Translations under genes and position numbers: made by a program | NCBI GenBank assembly: GCA_043228905.1 | Contig: JBHGNT010000002.1 | Location: forward strand, 248,001 to 312,000 | From: Azolla caroliniana | Lineage: Eukaryota > Plantae > Polypodiophyta | DNA: 64,000 nucleotides | Direction: 5' to 3' | The notes under the pieces: model-generated | What the model was told of the DNA's origin: nothing | The model's input: only the letters and a program-made list of their open reading frames with translations | The model's database searches: none | Part shown: positions 11,101 to 23,712 of the stretch, in pieces | How positions within the stretch are numbered: position 1 is the first letter of the stretch | Layout of the letters: every line of letters begins with the position of its first letter

Positions 11101-12007
11101 AAATTCCTTTATGTTAGATTTATCATCATTATCAATCATTATCCACGTGTACAAACAATTAAAACATTTGCACCACCCCACACATATGCCTTAACTCTCT
11201 TCTACAGATGTTAAATAACATTTGACCATAGTACAAAATCTAAATTTTAAGCTTGAAAAATAAAGTACGTAGGCTGACTAAAATTTATTAGTCATACTAG
11301 GTTTTGTGGGGGTTAGACATGCTTATTCCAGTGTACATCTCTAGTTCATGATAACAGGATTCCACCCAAAGAGATTGCATTGCTTTTTGTTCACAAAGCT
11401 AAAGGCACACCCTAATATCATAATAAAACAACCGGTTGATTCCCAGACGTTAACAAATCTTTACAGAAAAGGATTACTCATCAGTCACAAGAAATGGCAT
11501 TAATGGCGGAATGGCTTGCCTGGTAATATGAAGGATGCAGCAACCAAGAGAACTCCATAAATCAACATGCAGAATCTATCAGTTTATTATGACTTTATTT
11601 GACAATACTAGAAGAAGAGGAATTTTTTGGAACAGCCCACACGAATGACAGTCCACTCATTGGTAAGGGGATGAATGTCCCCAATTTTATAACTCCTCTT
11701 AATATGATTTAATGTGTATCTCGTTTCTCTTTCTTAAACTACAACCTAATTCTAGTTTAAGGCTTCAATGATCTCAGATGCTACATCTTTTGGTGACTTG
11801 ACAACATGCAAATTAACAACTAACCTTCTCCCTGCATAGTAGTCAATCACTTGAGAAAATACAATACCATAAATCTACCAAGTTGAATCGCTCTCTCTCT
11901 CTCAAAAAAATTTGTTTCATAGTTCCCTTTCGTCTAAAACTTTACAAGAAAAGATTCTCAATAAAGTATAAAAACAATGCATCTTATATGATATACATAT
12001 TTATTTA

Positions 12008-12270
12008 TGTTGGGAATTCGGTCCCTCCGGATCGGACGAACCGAAGGAAGGAACTAGACCAGACCAGAAGGTATCCGGATGGATCTGGGGTGAACCGGAT
12101 CCAGGGACATATCTACAAATATGTTTCTGGTGTGCTTGTAAAGACTATATTTGTAAATAGTCTTAAAGTCATATAAGTATAAATATGACTTAGGGCAATC
12201 ACTTTAGTTGTGTGGTTGTTGTTGTTGTTGTGGTTGTTGTTGTTGTTAGTTGTTAGTTGTATCATAGTTG

Positions 12271-12306
<36 letters not shown>

Positions 12307-13093
12307 AAGCCGCCAATTGACGAAGACACAAAGCTCAAGGTTGTTGCCTCTGAGTCTCCTATTGTACCACCTTTCTCATATAGTGATAGTTGGAGTCTGT
12401 GGGCTCCTGTGGTTATTCCCTATTAGGTTTTTCCACGTAATCATCCTATGTCGTCTCTTCTCTGTAAGTGTACGAACCTCCATTTCTGTTTTGTTCTCTC
12501 ATAAAGTGTTTGAGTCTTGGTTGTGGTTGAGCACTATTCCGCACAAACTGGTATCAGAGCTAGCAAAAAAATGGAAGAGTAATTCAAAAGCATGTTCAAG
12601 CTCACCGGCTCCAACTACCCAGTGTGGAAGTCGAAGATGAGGGACATGCTCGTGGTCAAAGATCTCTAGCTGCCAGTACAATTCAGGGACAAGAAATTGG
12701 ACAAGATCGATGCCACGACATTGGAGGTGATGAACATGAAGACGACAGCATACATACGGTGCTTCATCGACATGAGCTTGTACAACAACTTCAATGAAGA
12801 AAGTAAGGCTCATGTGCTCTGGGAGAAAATTGGCACCATGCTGGAGAGCAAAAACGTCATAAATTGGGTTTCGGTATTCCGGAAGTTAGTGAGACTCCAA
12901 TACCAAGACGGATCCAGCATGGCAGGGCACATGAACGCATTCCAGGGGCTCATAAATCAAACAACTTCTCTTGAAGTACCTCTGGCCAATGAGGTACTTG
13001 CATTTCTCCTGCTTGGTTCCCTCCCGAATAGTTGGGAGACGCTAGTTATCACTTTGGGCAACATTGGACCAAAAGGAAAGTAGTTGTCCCTAG
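12008..13093 (+). mobile_element. Truncated copia 'Copia-2': 5' LTR 12008-12545, PBS 12549-12560, gag pseudogene from 12571, cut by the insertion of Copia-B1
   Basis: TGTTGGGAA…TTCCGCACA, TGGTATCAGAGC; gag MFKLTGSNYPVWKSKMRD… closely matches the gag of Copia-3 but has in-frame stops. Confidence 0.9.
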
Positions 13094-16000
13094 TGTTGAG
13101 ATATCAAGCTCAACTTAGTTTAGTTAGTTAGTCAACCATGTAACTTCGTAGTTACCTAGATAAAATCTAGGTAGAAGTGTTGACTATAACGCCTTAAATA
13201 GGACCTTGTACTTAAGTGGGATATTCTAGATCCTCCACTCCTAAGTACATTTAATATAGGACTTACACCTTAGTACCTATATTCCACTCACACATGTGCA
13301 CCCTTGCACATGAGATGTATATATACCTCATTGTGGGTATTTTTGTATTTGATGATGATAATGCTAATTTAATATACTTACTCATCCCCCATCTTGTGTT
13401 GTTCATATGTGTATCTCTCTCTCTCTCTCTTCCTCTCACACACATATCACATAATCTTCCACTTATTAACTTAATCACATAATTAGGTACTAATTAATCC
13501 TTGCTTAATTACTTACCTAATTCTTAACATGTTATTAGAGCGTGTGGTTTAGAAAATCTACTAAGCCCACCTGACTCCGTGATTGTGTGTTCGGGACACC
13601 GACGACAAAATCCGGCTATCGGCTACCGTAGTGCCGCTACGTAGCACGTGTATATGATCGAAGGAAGAAAAGCAAAAGAAGAGAAGTCACTAATCAACAT
13701 GAACACACAAATGGGTAGCTCACTCCTTAGTGAAAAGCTAGACCGGAGCCATTATTCATCTTGGGAGTACAAGATGACCCAATACCTCGTCGGCCAAGGG
13801 TATTGAAGCTACATTAACGGCGCGCTCGAAAACAAGCCCGACATCACAAACGCCAACTACCCAACGTGGGAACAAGGAGCGAGTTGGGTAATGTGAACCT
13901 TGGCAACATGTGTCCACGACCACATGCTTAGCCACATTCGAGACACCAAGACGCCTAAAGAGGCGTGGGAGAACTTAAAGAAAATGTTCGCCGCCAACAC
14001 GACCGCCCGAAAGCTTCAACTCCAACAAGAGTTGAACAACATTCGGCAAAAAGACATGTCTGTGTCAGACTACACCGCCAAGATCAAGAGCATTTGCAAC
14101 TCGCTTGGCTCCATCAACATAAACGTCGACAAAGACGAGATGGTTCAAGTATGCTTGGGCGGCCTTGCACAATGATTCAATCCATTACGGACGGCAATCT
14201 TGGCAAGAGAAAACCCTCCTTCATTCTTTGACCTCCAATCAATGCTATTGGTCGAAGAGAACCACGTCCGAACCAAAAGCAAGACGTAGGAAGGACAAAT
14301 GTTCTTCTCAAATTCGGACGGTGCCGAGGAGGAGGTCACGGTGATAGAAGAGGTCAATTCGACCCATCACACAAATGGAACTCAAACCTTCACAGAAGCC
14401 ATCAAGGAACCTTCGGAAGAAGGGGGTGCTTCCATGTCGAACATGGTCGGTAAACGAGGCCCATAACTTGCAATTATTGCGGCAAAATTGGCCACTACGA
14501 GGCAGAGTGTCGGAAAAAGCGAAGTGAGTCGGCTTCAACAAGTCGACCCCTCACAAACTACGCATCGAACTCCGACTACGACAACCGTAGCGGAATGTTC
14601 ACGAATCACGCATCGAATTCCGACTACGACGATTGTAGTGAAATGTTCACAAATTACGCCACGAATTCCGACTACGGCGACCATGGCGTAATGTTCGTAA
14701 TGAGGCATAGAGCGAACTCTATGACAGCCTCCAACTCCGCAAGCACCTCCAATTCGGAAGACGTGTGGTTCGTCGATTCCGGCGCCTCACATCCCATGAC
14801 ATCTCACGAAGAGTGGTTTCATGACTTGTGTACACCGGACCAACCCGACTTAATAGAGACGGGAGACGACACCATGCACCCCATTTGGCACATCGGCAAT
14901 GTCTCATTCGGGAAAGAAGGTGAACAAACTTGCATCAAGAATGTCTTGCACGTGCCCACAATAACGAAGAATTTGGTCTCCGTCGGCCAAATCGTGGAGC
15001 AAGGCATGCAAGTCCGTTTCAACAAAGAAGGATGCTTCATCGAGGAAGATGGCCGACTCATAGCGAAGGGGTGGAGAGATGGCCGAATGTTCATCCTTGA
15101 TTCGAACGAGGTGAAATCGGCAATGTATGCTAAAAATCTCACAATCGAGACAAGCATCAAGTTGTGGCACAAGAGAATCGGCCACATAAACCTCCAACGG
15201 CTTCGAGCGATGCAAACCAAGGGAGTAGTCATCAGACTTCCGACATTCGAGTCGAAACAAGTCGACTGAGTATGCGAAGCGTGTCAACTCGGCAAACAAC
15301 ATCGACTCACATTCCCGAAGGAGAGCTCCGCAAGCAAAGGCCTCCTCGACGTCATATACTCGGATAAATGGGGACCGGCTCAAACGCCGACGATCGGCGG
15401 ATGCCGATACTACGTAACCTTCATCGACGACTACTCGTGCTACACGTGGATCTACCTGATGAAGAAGAAGAGCGAAGTGTTCTCCCACTTCCAAAAGCTC
15501 AAGGGGCAAGTCAAAAAAGAAATCAGTCGGCACATTCGATGCCTACGATTGGATGGAAGAAAGGAGTACTTCTCCGACGAATTCACCCCCTACCTCGAAA
15601 GTTAAGGCTTTCGGAGAGAATTCTCGTGTCGACACACACCCCAACAAAATGGAGTCACCGAAAGGAAGAATCGGCAAATACTTGAAGTAGCACGCGCCAT
15701 GATGCATGAGAAGCACATGCCGAATTTCTATTGGGCCGAAGCGGCATCCACGGCTATCTATCTCATGAACCGGTGCACCACCAATGGAGTCCATGAGCTA
15801 ACTCCATACGAGCTCCTCGTCAGAAGGAAGCCGATCTTGTCGCACCTCAAGGTGTTTGGAAGCATTGCGAATGTATGCATCCCGAACAAACAACGACAGA
15901 AGCTTGACGCGAAGTCAAAGGAATGTATCCTCATAGGATACTCGTCCGAGAAGAAGGCGTACAAGTGTTACAACCCTTCTACCCGAGCGGTTCCGGTAAG

Positions 16001-16568
16001 TCGAGACGTAGTCTTCGACGAGTTCGCATCGTGGTATGCACCAAAGGCAACTTCGACTCCGACTCTCGTCGACCCGGAATCCGCCGAACAAGAGGTAGAA
16101 GATGGAGATCGCTTCGAACACATGTTCGAAGAAAGTCTGATTACAGCAAAGCCTAGTGGGCCACAAGATCCCCCACGCGACCCAAGCACGTCGTGGCCAA
16201 GTACGAACTTGGACAAAGGCAAAGGTAAGATGCCTGAATACGAAGTCAACCACCCCGACAACAGTGATTCGGATGTGTCGGCTCCCTCACTAGACAGTGA
16301 GTTCGGTGTACCCATCATGCGTACACCCGGAGTAAAGAAGGTGCTCACATCGGCGAGCGAAAGACTTCGATGCTCATCTAGAGCTAAGAATCCCGTCACT
16401 CGGCACGGCTACAACGAGTACATGGCCCATCATTACGCATTCGCGATGAAGGTAGTGGCCGAACAAGAGCCCAAGAGCTCCACCGAAGCGGCTTGTAACC
16501 CACGATGGGTGGAAGTTGTCAACCTTCGCCCACACATTGCAAGCCTTCGTCGCCGGCTTGAGGGGGAG
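13094..16568 (+). mobile_element. Copia family B copy 'B1': 5' LTR 13094-13529, degenerate PBS 13530-13541, decayed gag-PR-IN; RT/RNase H absent; probable PPT 16560-16568; no 3' LTR
   Basis: TGTTGAGA…TCTTAACA; gag MNTQMGSSLLSEKLD…WEYKM; VWFVDSGAS; LWHKRIGH; YWAEAAST; coding similarity stops at NPRWVE, followed about 45 bp later by CTTGAGGGGGAG. Confidence 0.88.
14553..14696 (+). repeat. 48-bp (16-aa) in-frame triplication between gag knuckle and protease
   Basis: TNYASNSDYDNRSGMF / TNHASNSDYDDCSEMF / TNYATNSDYGDHGVMF; also present in B2 at 24803-24946. Confidence 0.9.
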
Positions 16569-17775
16569 CTCCATTTGTCCGAATGATTGGGATGTCCAGG
16601 CCTTCGAACTCACTGTCACGGGAGTGAGTTGACGCGTTGTCGATTGGATATTCGTATTCGGACATCTTGGCCTTCCCTTTGTCGAGTTTCGGACTCGATC
16701 GAAATGTGATTCAGCCACTCGGGGGCTCCCGTGGTCCACTAAGCCGTGTCGTAATCGGGCTTTCTTCGTACATGCGCATGAGCTGATCTTCGTCTTCTAT
16801 CTCTATTTCGGCGGATTCCGAGTCGAGCGAAGTCAGAGTCGAAGTTGTTTCTAGTGCGTATTAGGATGCGGACTCGTCGAAAATGGCATCTTGACTTACG
16901 CAAGCTTTTCGTGTAGATGGGTTGTAGCATTTGTACCCCTTCTGTTCAAGTGAGTATCCTACAAGGATTCTCTAACTTCGGGTCAATTTTTTGTCGTGTA
17001 TCATTGGGAATATGCACGTAAGCGATTGCACCGAAAATGCAGACATGTGATAAGTCTAGCTTATTTCCAAAGAACTTCTCATGAGGAATTACATCGTGTA
17101 CTCCCGAGGTTGTGCACCTATCCATGAGGTATACAACCGTGTTTGCCGCTTCTGCCCAATACGATTTCGACAGGTTCTTCTCATTCATCATAGCCCGAGC
17201 GACTTCTACTATGTGTCGGTTTTTACGCTCAGCTACGCCGTTCTGTTGAGGTGTGTGACAGCATGAGAATTCTCGTCGAATTCCTTCCTTTCGGAGATAC
17301 CTCATAAACTCATCCGAAAAGTATTCTTTGCCTCCATCCGATTGAAGGCAGCGTAAGTGCCGACCCGTAGTTTTTTCGACTTCGGCCTTGAACCTCTACA
17401 AGTGTCTGAACACTTCGCTCTTCTATCTCACCGGGTAGATCTAGGTGTGCCTGGAGAAGTCGTCGATGAACGTGACGTAATATCGGCATCTGCCGAGTGT
17501 GCTTTGACAGGAACTTCACGCTCTCTACATAACGCTCGGCCACAACCGAGCTTAGAATCAAACACAGAAAACGGGGAATGAACAAATGACACAAAGGAGA
17601 GAAGAGTGCATAGGATGTTTAACATGGAAAACCCTGAGAGGGAAAAACCACGGGAGTCCACAGACTCCAAACTATCACTATATCACAATGATTACAACAG
17701 TGAGCTCATAGAGGCAACGACCTCGTGCTCACGATCTTCGCCACAGGCGGCGGTTGCAACAGAGGCAATGACCTC

Positions 17776-17823
<48 letters not shown>

Positions 17824-18229
17824 CACTGTTACGCGCGCTCTAATCTTGCGCCAACAAGAATGACAACAACTTCGCCCTAAGTTTGCCCTAAGTCATATTT
17901 ATACTAATATGACTTTTCGTCTATTTACAAATATAGCCCCGATGGACTCTCAAAAAACATATTTACGAATATGTCCCTTCATCCGGTGAGCACTTCTCAC
18001 CGGGCCTTCATCATCCGGCTCTTGCTGGGTACTCCTCATCCGGTTCTCACTGGGTCTTCCGTAGCCGGGTACTCTTCATCCGGTTCGCACCGGATCTTTC
18101 GTAGCCGGGTACTCTTCATTCGGTTCTCACCGGGTCTTCCATAACCGGGTACTCCTCATCCGGTTTCTCATCAGCACTGTTCTTCTCACTTCCCATCCGG
18201 AGGGACCTGTTTCCTAACAAACTCCCCCT

Positions 18230-21200
18230 TCACTCCGGCATGGGATGTTACTAGTCCGATACGCTTCCGGCATGCATCCAGCTTGTCGGGTATCAGTACT
18301 TTGGTCAGCATATCTGACCCGTTCTCGGCCGTGTGGATCTTCATCAACGCGAACTCCTGGTCATCTACTCTTTCCCGGATCTAGTGATACCTTCGTTGGA
18401 TATGCTTCGTCCGGGAATGGTAAGCCGCATTCTTAGCAAGGTGGATGGCACTTTGACTGTCGCAGTAGAGCCGGTATTCATCTTGCCTGATACCGAGCTC
18501 TCCGATGAAGTCCTTCATCCATAATATTTCCTTGCCGGCTTCGACAGCCACCATGTACTCCGCTTCCGTGGTTGACAGCGCAACCGTCTTCTGCAGCCTC
18601 GACTACCACGAAACAGCTCCACCTGCATACGACATTACATACCCGGATGTAGACCGGCTGGTATCCACATCAGCCGACATGTTTGAATTGGTAAAACCGT
18701 CAAGTTGAGGTTTACCGGAGCCGAATCGGAAACACATGTTCGAAGTTCCCTTCAAGTACCGGAGTATCCATTTGACCGCGTTCCAATGCTCCTTGTCGGG
18801 ATTGCTCATAAACTGGCTCACCACTCCGACTGCGTATCCAATATCTGGTCGAGTACACACCATTGCGTACATTAAGCTCCCGACAGCATAGGCATATGGA
18901 ACCTTCATCATATCCGCCTTCTTTGCTTTTGTCTTCGGGCCTTGCTTACTGGATAACCTGTAGTTTGTCGGAAGTGTCGATCCGACCGGTTTCGCATCTG
19001 ACATGTTGAACCACTGAAGCACCTTTGTCACGTACTTCTCTTGTGACAGCCACAATTGCTTCATTGACCGGTTCTGAGTAATATGCATCCCCAGCATCTA
19101 TCTTGCCGGACCCAAGTCTTTCATTGAGAAGGTCTGGTTGAGAGCCTTCTTCAGCATCCGTATTTTGGCTTGGTCCCGTCTGACAATCAACATGTCATCC
19201 ACGTACAGAAGGAGTATCATGAAGTCGCCTCCCTCGAACTTCTTCACAAACACACAGTGATCGGCCTGCGTCTTGTGGTACCCTTGATCGGTCATGAAGG
19301 AGTCGAACTTCCGGTACCATTGCCGGGGGGCTTGCTTCAACCCGTAGAGGCTCTTCTTCAACCGGCAAACCAGGTGCTCCTTCCCTTTCTCCACGAATCC
19401 TTCCGGTTACTGCATGTAGATCTCCTCTTCGAGGTCACCGTGAAGGAATGTCGTCTTCACGTCTAGCTGCTCTACCTCGAGGTCCATGCTTGCCGCTATA
19501 CTCAGCACCGTCCAGATGGAGGTCATCTTTACTACCGGGGCAAATATCTCGTCGAAGTCCATGCCCTTCTTCTGCTAGAACCCCTTCACCACGATCCTGG
19601 CTTTGTATCTCGGGGGGTTGCCGGCATCTCCCGGTTTCAACTTGTACACCCACTTATTTCGGAGTGCCCGCTTTCCTTTCGGCAACTCCACCAATTTGTA
19701 CGTATGGTTCTCATGCAGGGAATCCATCTCATCCTGCATGGCACTTAACCATTTTCGGTTGTGGGTGTCATCCTTCGCTTCTTCGAAGCTTTCTAGCTCC
19801 CCCTCATCGGTTAGCAGCACATGCTCTACATCCGGAAATCTCCAGGGGGCCCTTCTCTCTCTGAGAGGATATCTCCGTCTCTGGGCTTCGGTAACCGGCT
19901 CCTCCATTTGCTCTTCATCCGAATCCGATTCAGGGTCTTGGTCGGTTCCGGTTTCAGCTTCCTCTACTTCTTCTTCTGCCGGTTCGGTATCCTCACCGTA
20001 ACCGACTGGTTCCTCGAGTGCTAACCGATCTCTTGCCGGTTGGGTCTGCTCATCGTAGAATCGATCCTTACCAGTCGACTCGGAGTTCATTATCTTCTTC
20101 TCCAACTCCGAATCGGCGAGCATCTTGTCCTCCATGAAGATAATATCTCGACTCCGGAATACCTTCTTGTCAACCAGGTCCCACACTCGGTAGTCGAACT
20201 CATCGTCGCTATAACCGAGGAATATGCATGGTTGGGTCTTTGGATCTAACTTTCCTCTCCGATCCTTAGCTACATGCACGTACGCGAGACACCCGAATAC
20301 CTTCAAATGTCGGTAGGACACTTCCTTACCGGTCCAGACTCTCTGTGACGTGTCTCCGTCCAAGGGTACTGAGGGTGATCTGTTTATCACATATGTCACC
20401 ATCGATAGTGCCTCAGCCCAAAACTTCTTGGGTAGTTTTGCATGCGTCAGCATACTCTGGACCCTCTCCATTGTGGTTCGGTTCATCCTCTCGGCCAACC
20501 CGTTTAGTTCTGGCGTCTTCGGCACGGTAAATTCGAGCTGGATTCCCTTCGAGCGACAGTACTCCTCCAACTGCCCCCCGGTATTCACCTCCGTTATCTG
20601 CTCGAACCGCCTTCACCTTCCGGCCGGTTTCTCTTTCCACTCTCGCGTGGAGTTCTTTGAAGACAGATAACACCTGATCCTTCTTCTTCAACGGTGTGGC
20701 CCACAACTTCCGGCTGTGGTCATCTATGAACGTCACAAAGTACTGCGATCCTGCATGTGACTTCGTGTCCACTTGACACACATCAGTATGCATCAACTCT
20801 AGTGGTGCATTGCGTCTCATCAGTGGCCTTGGTCGGAAGGAGGTCTGGTTTTGCTTACCGGCCAAACAATCAGTGCACTTCTCCAAGTGCACGTTCTTCA
20901 CTAGAATGAGGTTGTCGTCTGCAAGCCTCTTCATCCCCTTCTCCCTCATGTGACACAACCTTTTGTGCCACAGCTCACCGGCAATGTCGGATGCCACGTT
21001 CACTTCCTCTGCACATAACCGGGCATTCATCAAGTACAACATGTTTACCTTCCGGGCCCGAGCCACAATCAGGCTCCCTTTGTTGAACTTCATAACACTG
21101 TTCCGGATGCTACCCGTGTAGCCTTCATCATCTAGCCGACCGGCTGATATCAGGTTCAGACGAACCTCCGGAACGTGTCGGACATCCTTCAGCAGCATCT

Positions 21201-22275
21201 TGCATCCGATTGGTGTTGACAGACACACGTCTCCTATGCCGACAATTCGGCATGTACCTTCATTCCCCATCCGGACACAGCCGTGATCAACAGTTGAGTA
21301 GGATGAGAAGCATTTCCGGTTCAGGGTAAGGTGGAACGACGCTCCTGAGTCGACCACCCAGGTCATCTCGTCGTCGGCAAGGTTTATCCTACTCTCCTCA
21401 GTTATGAGCATCAACTCTTCTTCACTTGTCGCGATTGTCGTCGTTCCCTTTCGGTCCGTTCCCCTCCGGTCTTTACCGTTCCGGTCCGGTGTCCGCTTCG
21501 AATCGGTACCGTCGGTTTCCTTGTCTTTCCGGAAATGCCAACAGTTCTTCTGGAAGTGTCCCGGCTTGCCGCAATAGAAGCAAGTAGGCCTCCCCCTTGA
21601 CTTTGACCGTGTCCCCGACTTTTCCTGGTTCTGAGGACTACGGTTTCTATGTCTTCCGCGTTCCGATTCGGTAAGGAGCGCTTTGGAGTCGGAGCTCATA
21701 TCCTTATCTTTCCGACGCGCCTCCTCATCTAGCAAGCTCGACTTCACTCTTGCTAGGGATAATCGTTTCCCTTCCGGCCCGGCGTTGCCCAAGGTGACAA
21801 CCAACGTCTCCCAGCTATCCGGGAGGGAACCGAGCAGGAGTAGCGCTAGTACCTCATCGGCGAGAGGTACTTCCAATGATGTTGCCTGGTGGATCAGCCC
21901 CTAGAAGGCATTCATGTGCTCCGCCATGCTGGAGCCATCTTGGTACCGGAGTTTTACTAGCTTCCGGAATACCGAAACCTGATTAACACCATTTTTGTTT
22001 TGAAACATAATGTCGATCTTCTCCCAGAGCTCATGAGCCTTGCTCTCTTCATTGAAGTTGTTGTATAGGCTCATGTCGATGAAGCACCGTATGTACGCCG
22101 TTGTCTTCATGTGCATCACCTCCCATATCGTGGCGTCGATTTTGTCCGGTCTCTTGTCCCCGAACTGAACCGGCAACCAAAGATCTTTAACCATGAGCAT
22201 GTCCCTCATCTTCGACTTCCACACCGAATAGTTGGAGTCGGTGAGCTTGAACATGCCTCCCAACGAATCGTCCAT
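18230..22275 (-). pseudogene. Copia-3 gag-pol with several stops and frameshifts
   Basis: ORF pieces 21901-22275, 20413-21876, 19575-20588, 19098-19394, 18603-19097 carry gag, CCHC, PR, IN, RT (YVDD) and RH motifs. Confidence 0.93.
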
Positions 22276-22375
22276 TTTCTGTGTCGTTTCGCTCTAATAC
22301 CACTTTGACAGGAACTTCACGCTCTCTACGTAACGCTCGGCCACAACCAAGCTTAGAATCAAACACAGAAAACGG

Positions 22376-23450
22376 TGTCGTGGCGTGGCTCGCCTAGAAG
22401 CGTAGCGTTGTGCACACAAAGGATAACGTAAAAGTGAGGAAGGAATCACTGGGATTATGGACGGAAGAGACGAAAGAGTAGAGTTGGAGTGAATAGAGAT
22501 GAATAAGATATGACAAAATAGGATTTTTAAGGATTATAAGATAAGACAAGATAAGATATAAAATATTATATGAGAAAGTGTATGAAATTTATAATCATTT
22601 TCATGAAAGAGTTACAAAATGATTGTGCACGTCGTTGAACCTCCGAACTTTGTCTTGCAAGGTAATCGCTCTTCTCTTTCTTGATCATAGACCACTACAA
22701 TCTTCACTTCAATATTTTGATGAAGATAAGGCTTGAACCGCCTCCCTCTTGTTGAGAGTTGACCACCACGACCGCCAAGCTAGAGCTCCCCCTTTATGTT
22801 AAACTTCTTCCCTTCTTTATCTATTTTTATGATATCTCTTATGTAATACATAATTTGATTGATATCTCATACCTTCTTCCCCTTTGATCTCTTCTTGCAC
22901 CCTTTAAATAGGTGCCCCCATGCATATGATGCATTGGAGGGTACAAGACATGCATGTGATGCATGATAAACATCTCGCTCATTTGAGCTTTTATGTATGA
23001 AACAATATATGCAATAACAATAAGCATGAAAGTACAATCTTAAAGAGAAAGGACCTAGCCTAATGGTAGGTGTGTTGACTTTGGTGTATGAGGTTGTGGG
23101 TTCGAGTCTCAAAATACTATTGAATACAACATACAACTTTATTTTTATATCATGAAGCAAATCCTTTATGTAATATAAAGTATGCTTTATTTTATGTATA
23201 TTACTAGTATAGAGTAAATGGTAAGATTTGAGAGTCATAGGGTGGGGTTATTGGTTCAAGTCCTCTCTTGTTCATGTTATATAATATATCTATCTATATA
23301 TTATTTGCCTCTACATATAATATATAATATTATCATAGTGTGTTGTTAATATTATCTTTATATATAAAACATTATCAAGATTTATTTTATTTTAGTTACG
23401 TATTTATCTTATTGTAGACTTTTAATGTGAAGCTTTCGTACTTCACGACA
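22376..23450 (-). mobile_element. Solo LTR (1075 bp, probably gypsy-type) inserted in the 5' LTR of Copia-3
   Basis: TGTCGTG…CACGACA terminal inverted repeat; 4-bp TSD ACGG/ACAG; removing it restores a match to the 3' LTR (ACAGAAAACGGGGAATG). Orientation inferred from CTATTTAAAGGGG on the minus strand near 22900-22912. Confidence 0.85.
23051..23263 (+). promoter_or_regulatory. Two tRNA-derived A-box/B-box (Pol III type 2) units inside the solo LTR
   Basis: TAGCCTAATGG (23056) + GGTTCGAGTCT (23099); TAGAGTAAATGG (23210) + GGTTCAAGTCC (23253); both spaced 43 nt, as in tRNA genes; no intact cloverleaf seen. Confidence 0.65.
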
Positions 23451-23656
23451 ACAGGGAATGAACACACGACACAAAGGAGAGAAGAGTGCACAGGATGTTT
23501 AATGTGGAAAACCCTAAGAGGGAAAAACCACGGGGAGTCCACAGACTCCAAACTATCACTATATCACAATGATTACAACAGTGAGCTCACAGAGGCAACG
23601 ACCTCGTGCTCACGATCTTCGCCACAGGCGGCGGTTGCAACAAAGGCAACGACCTC

Positions 23657-23712
<56 letters not shown>

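Noticed and set aside
23051-23120. Functional tRNA gene
   Set aside because: A and B boxes are present but acceptor and anticodon stems do not pair convincingly.
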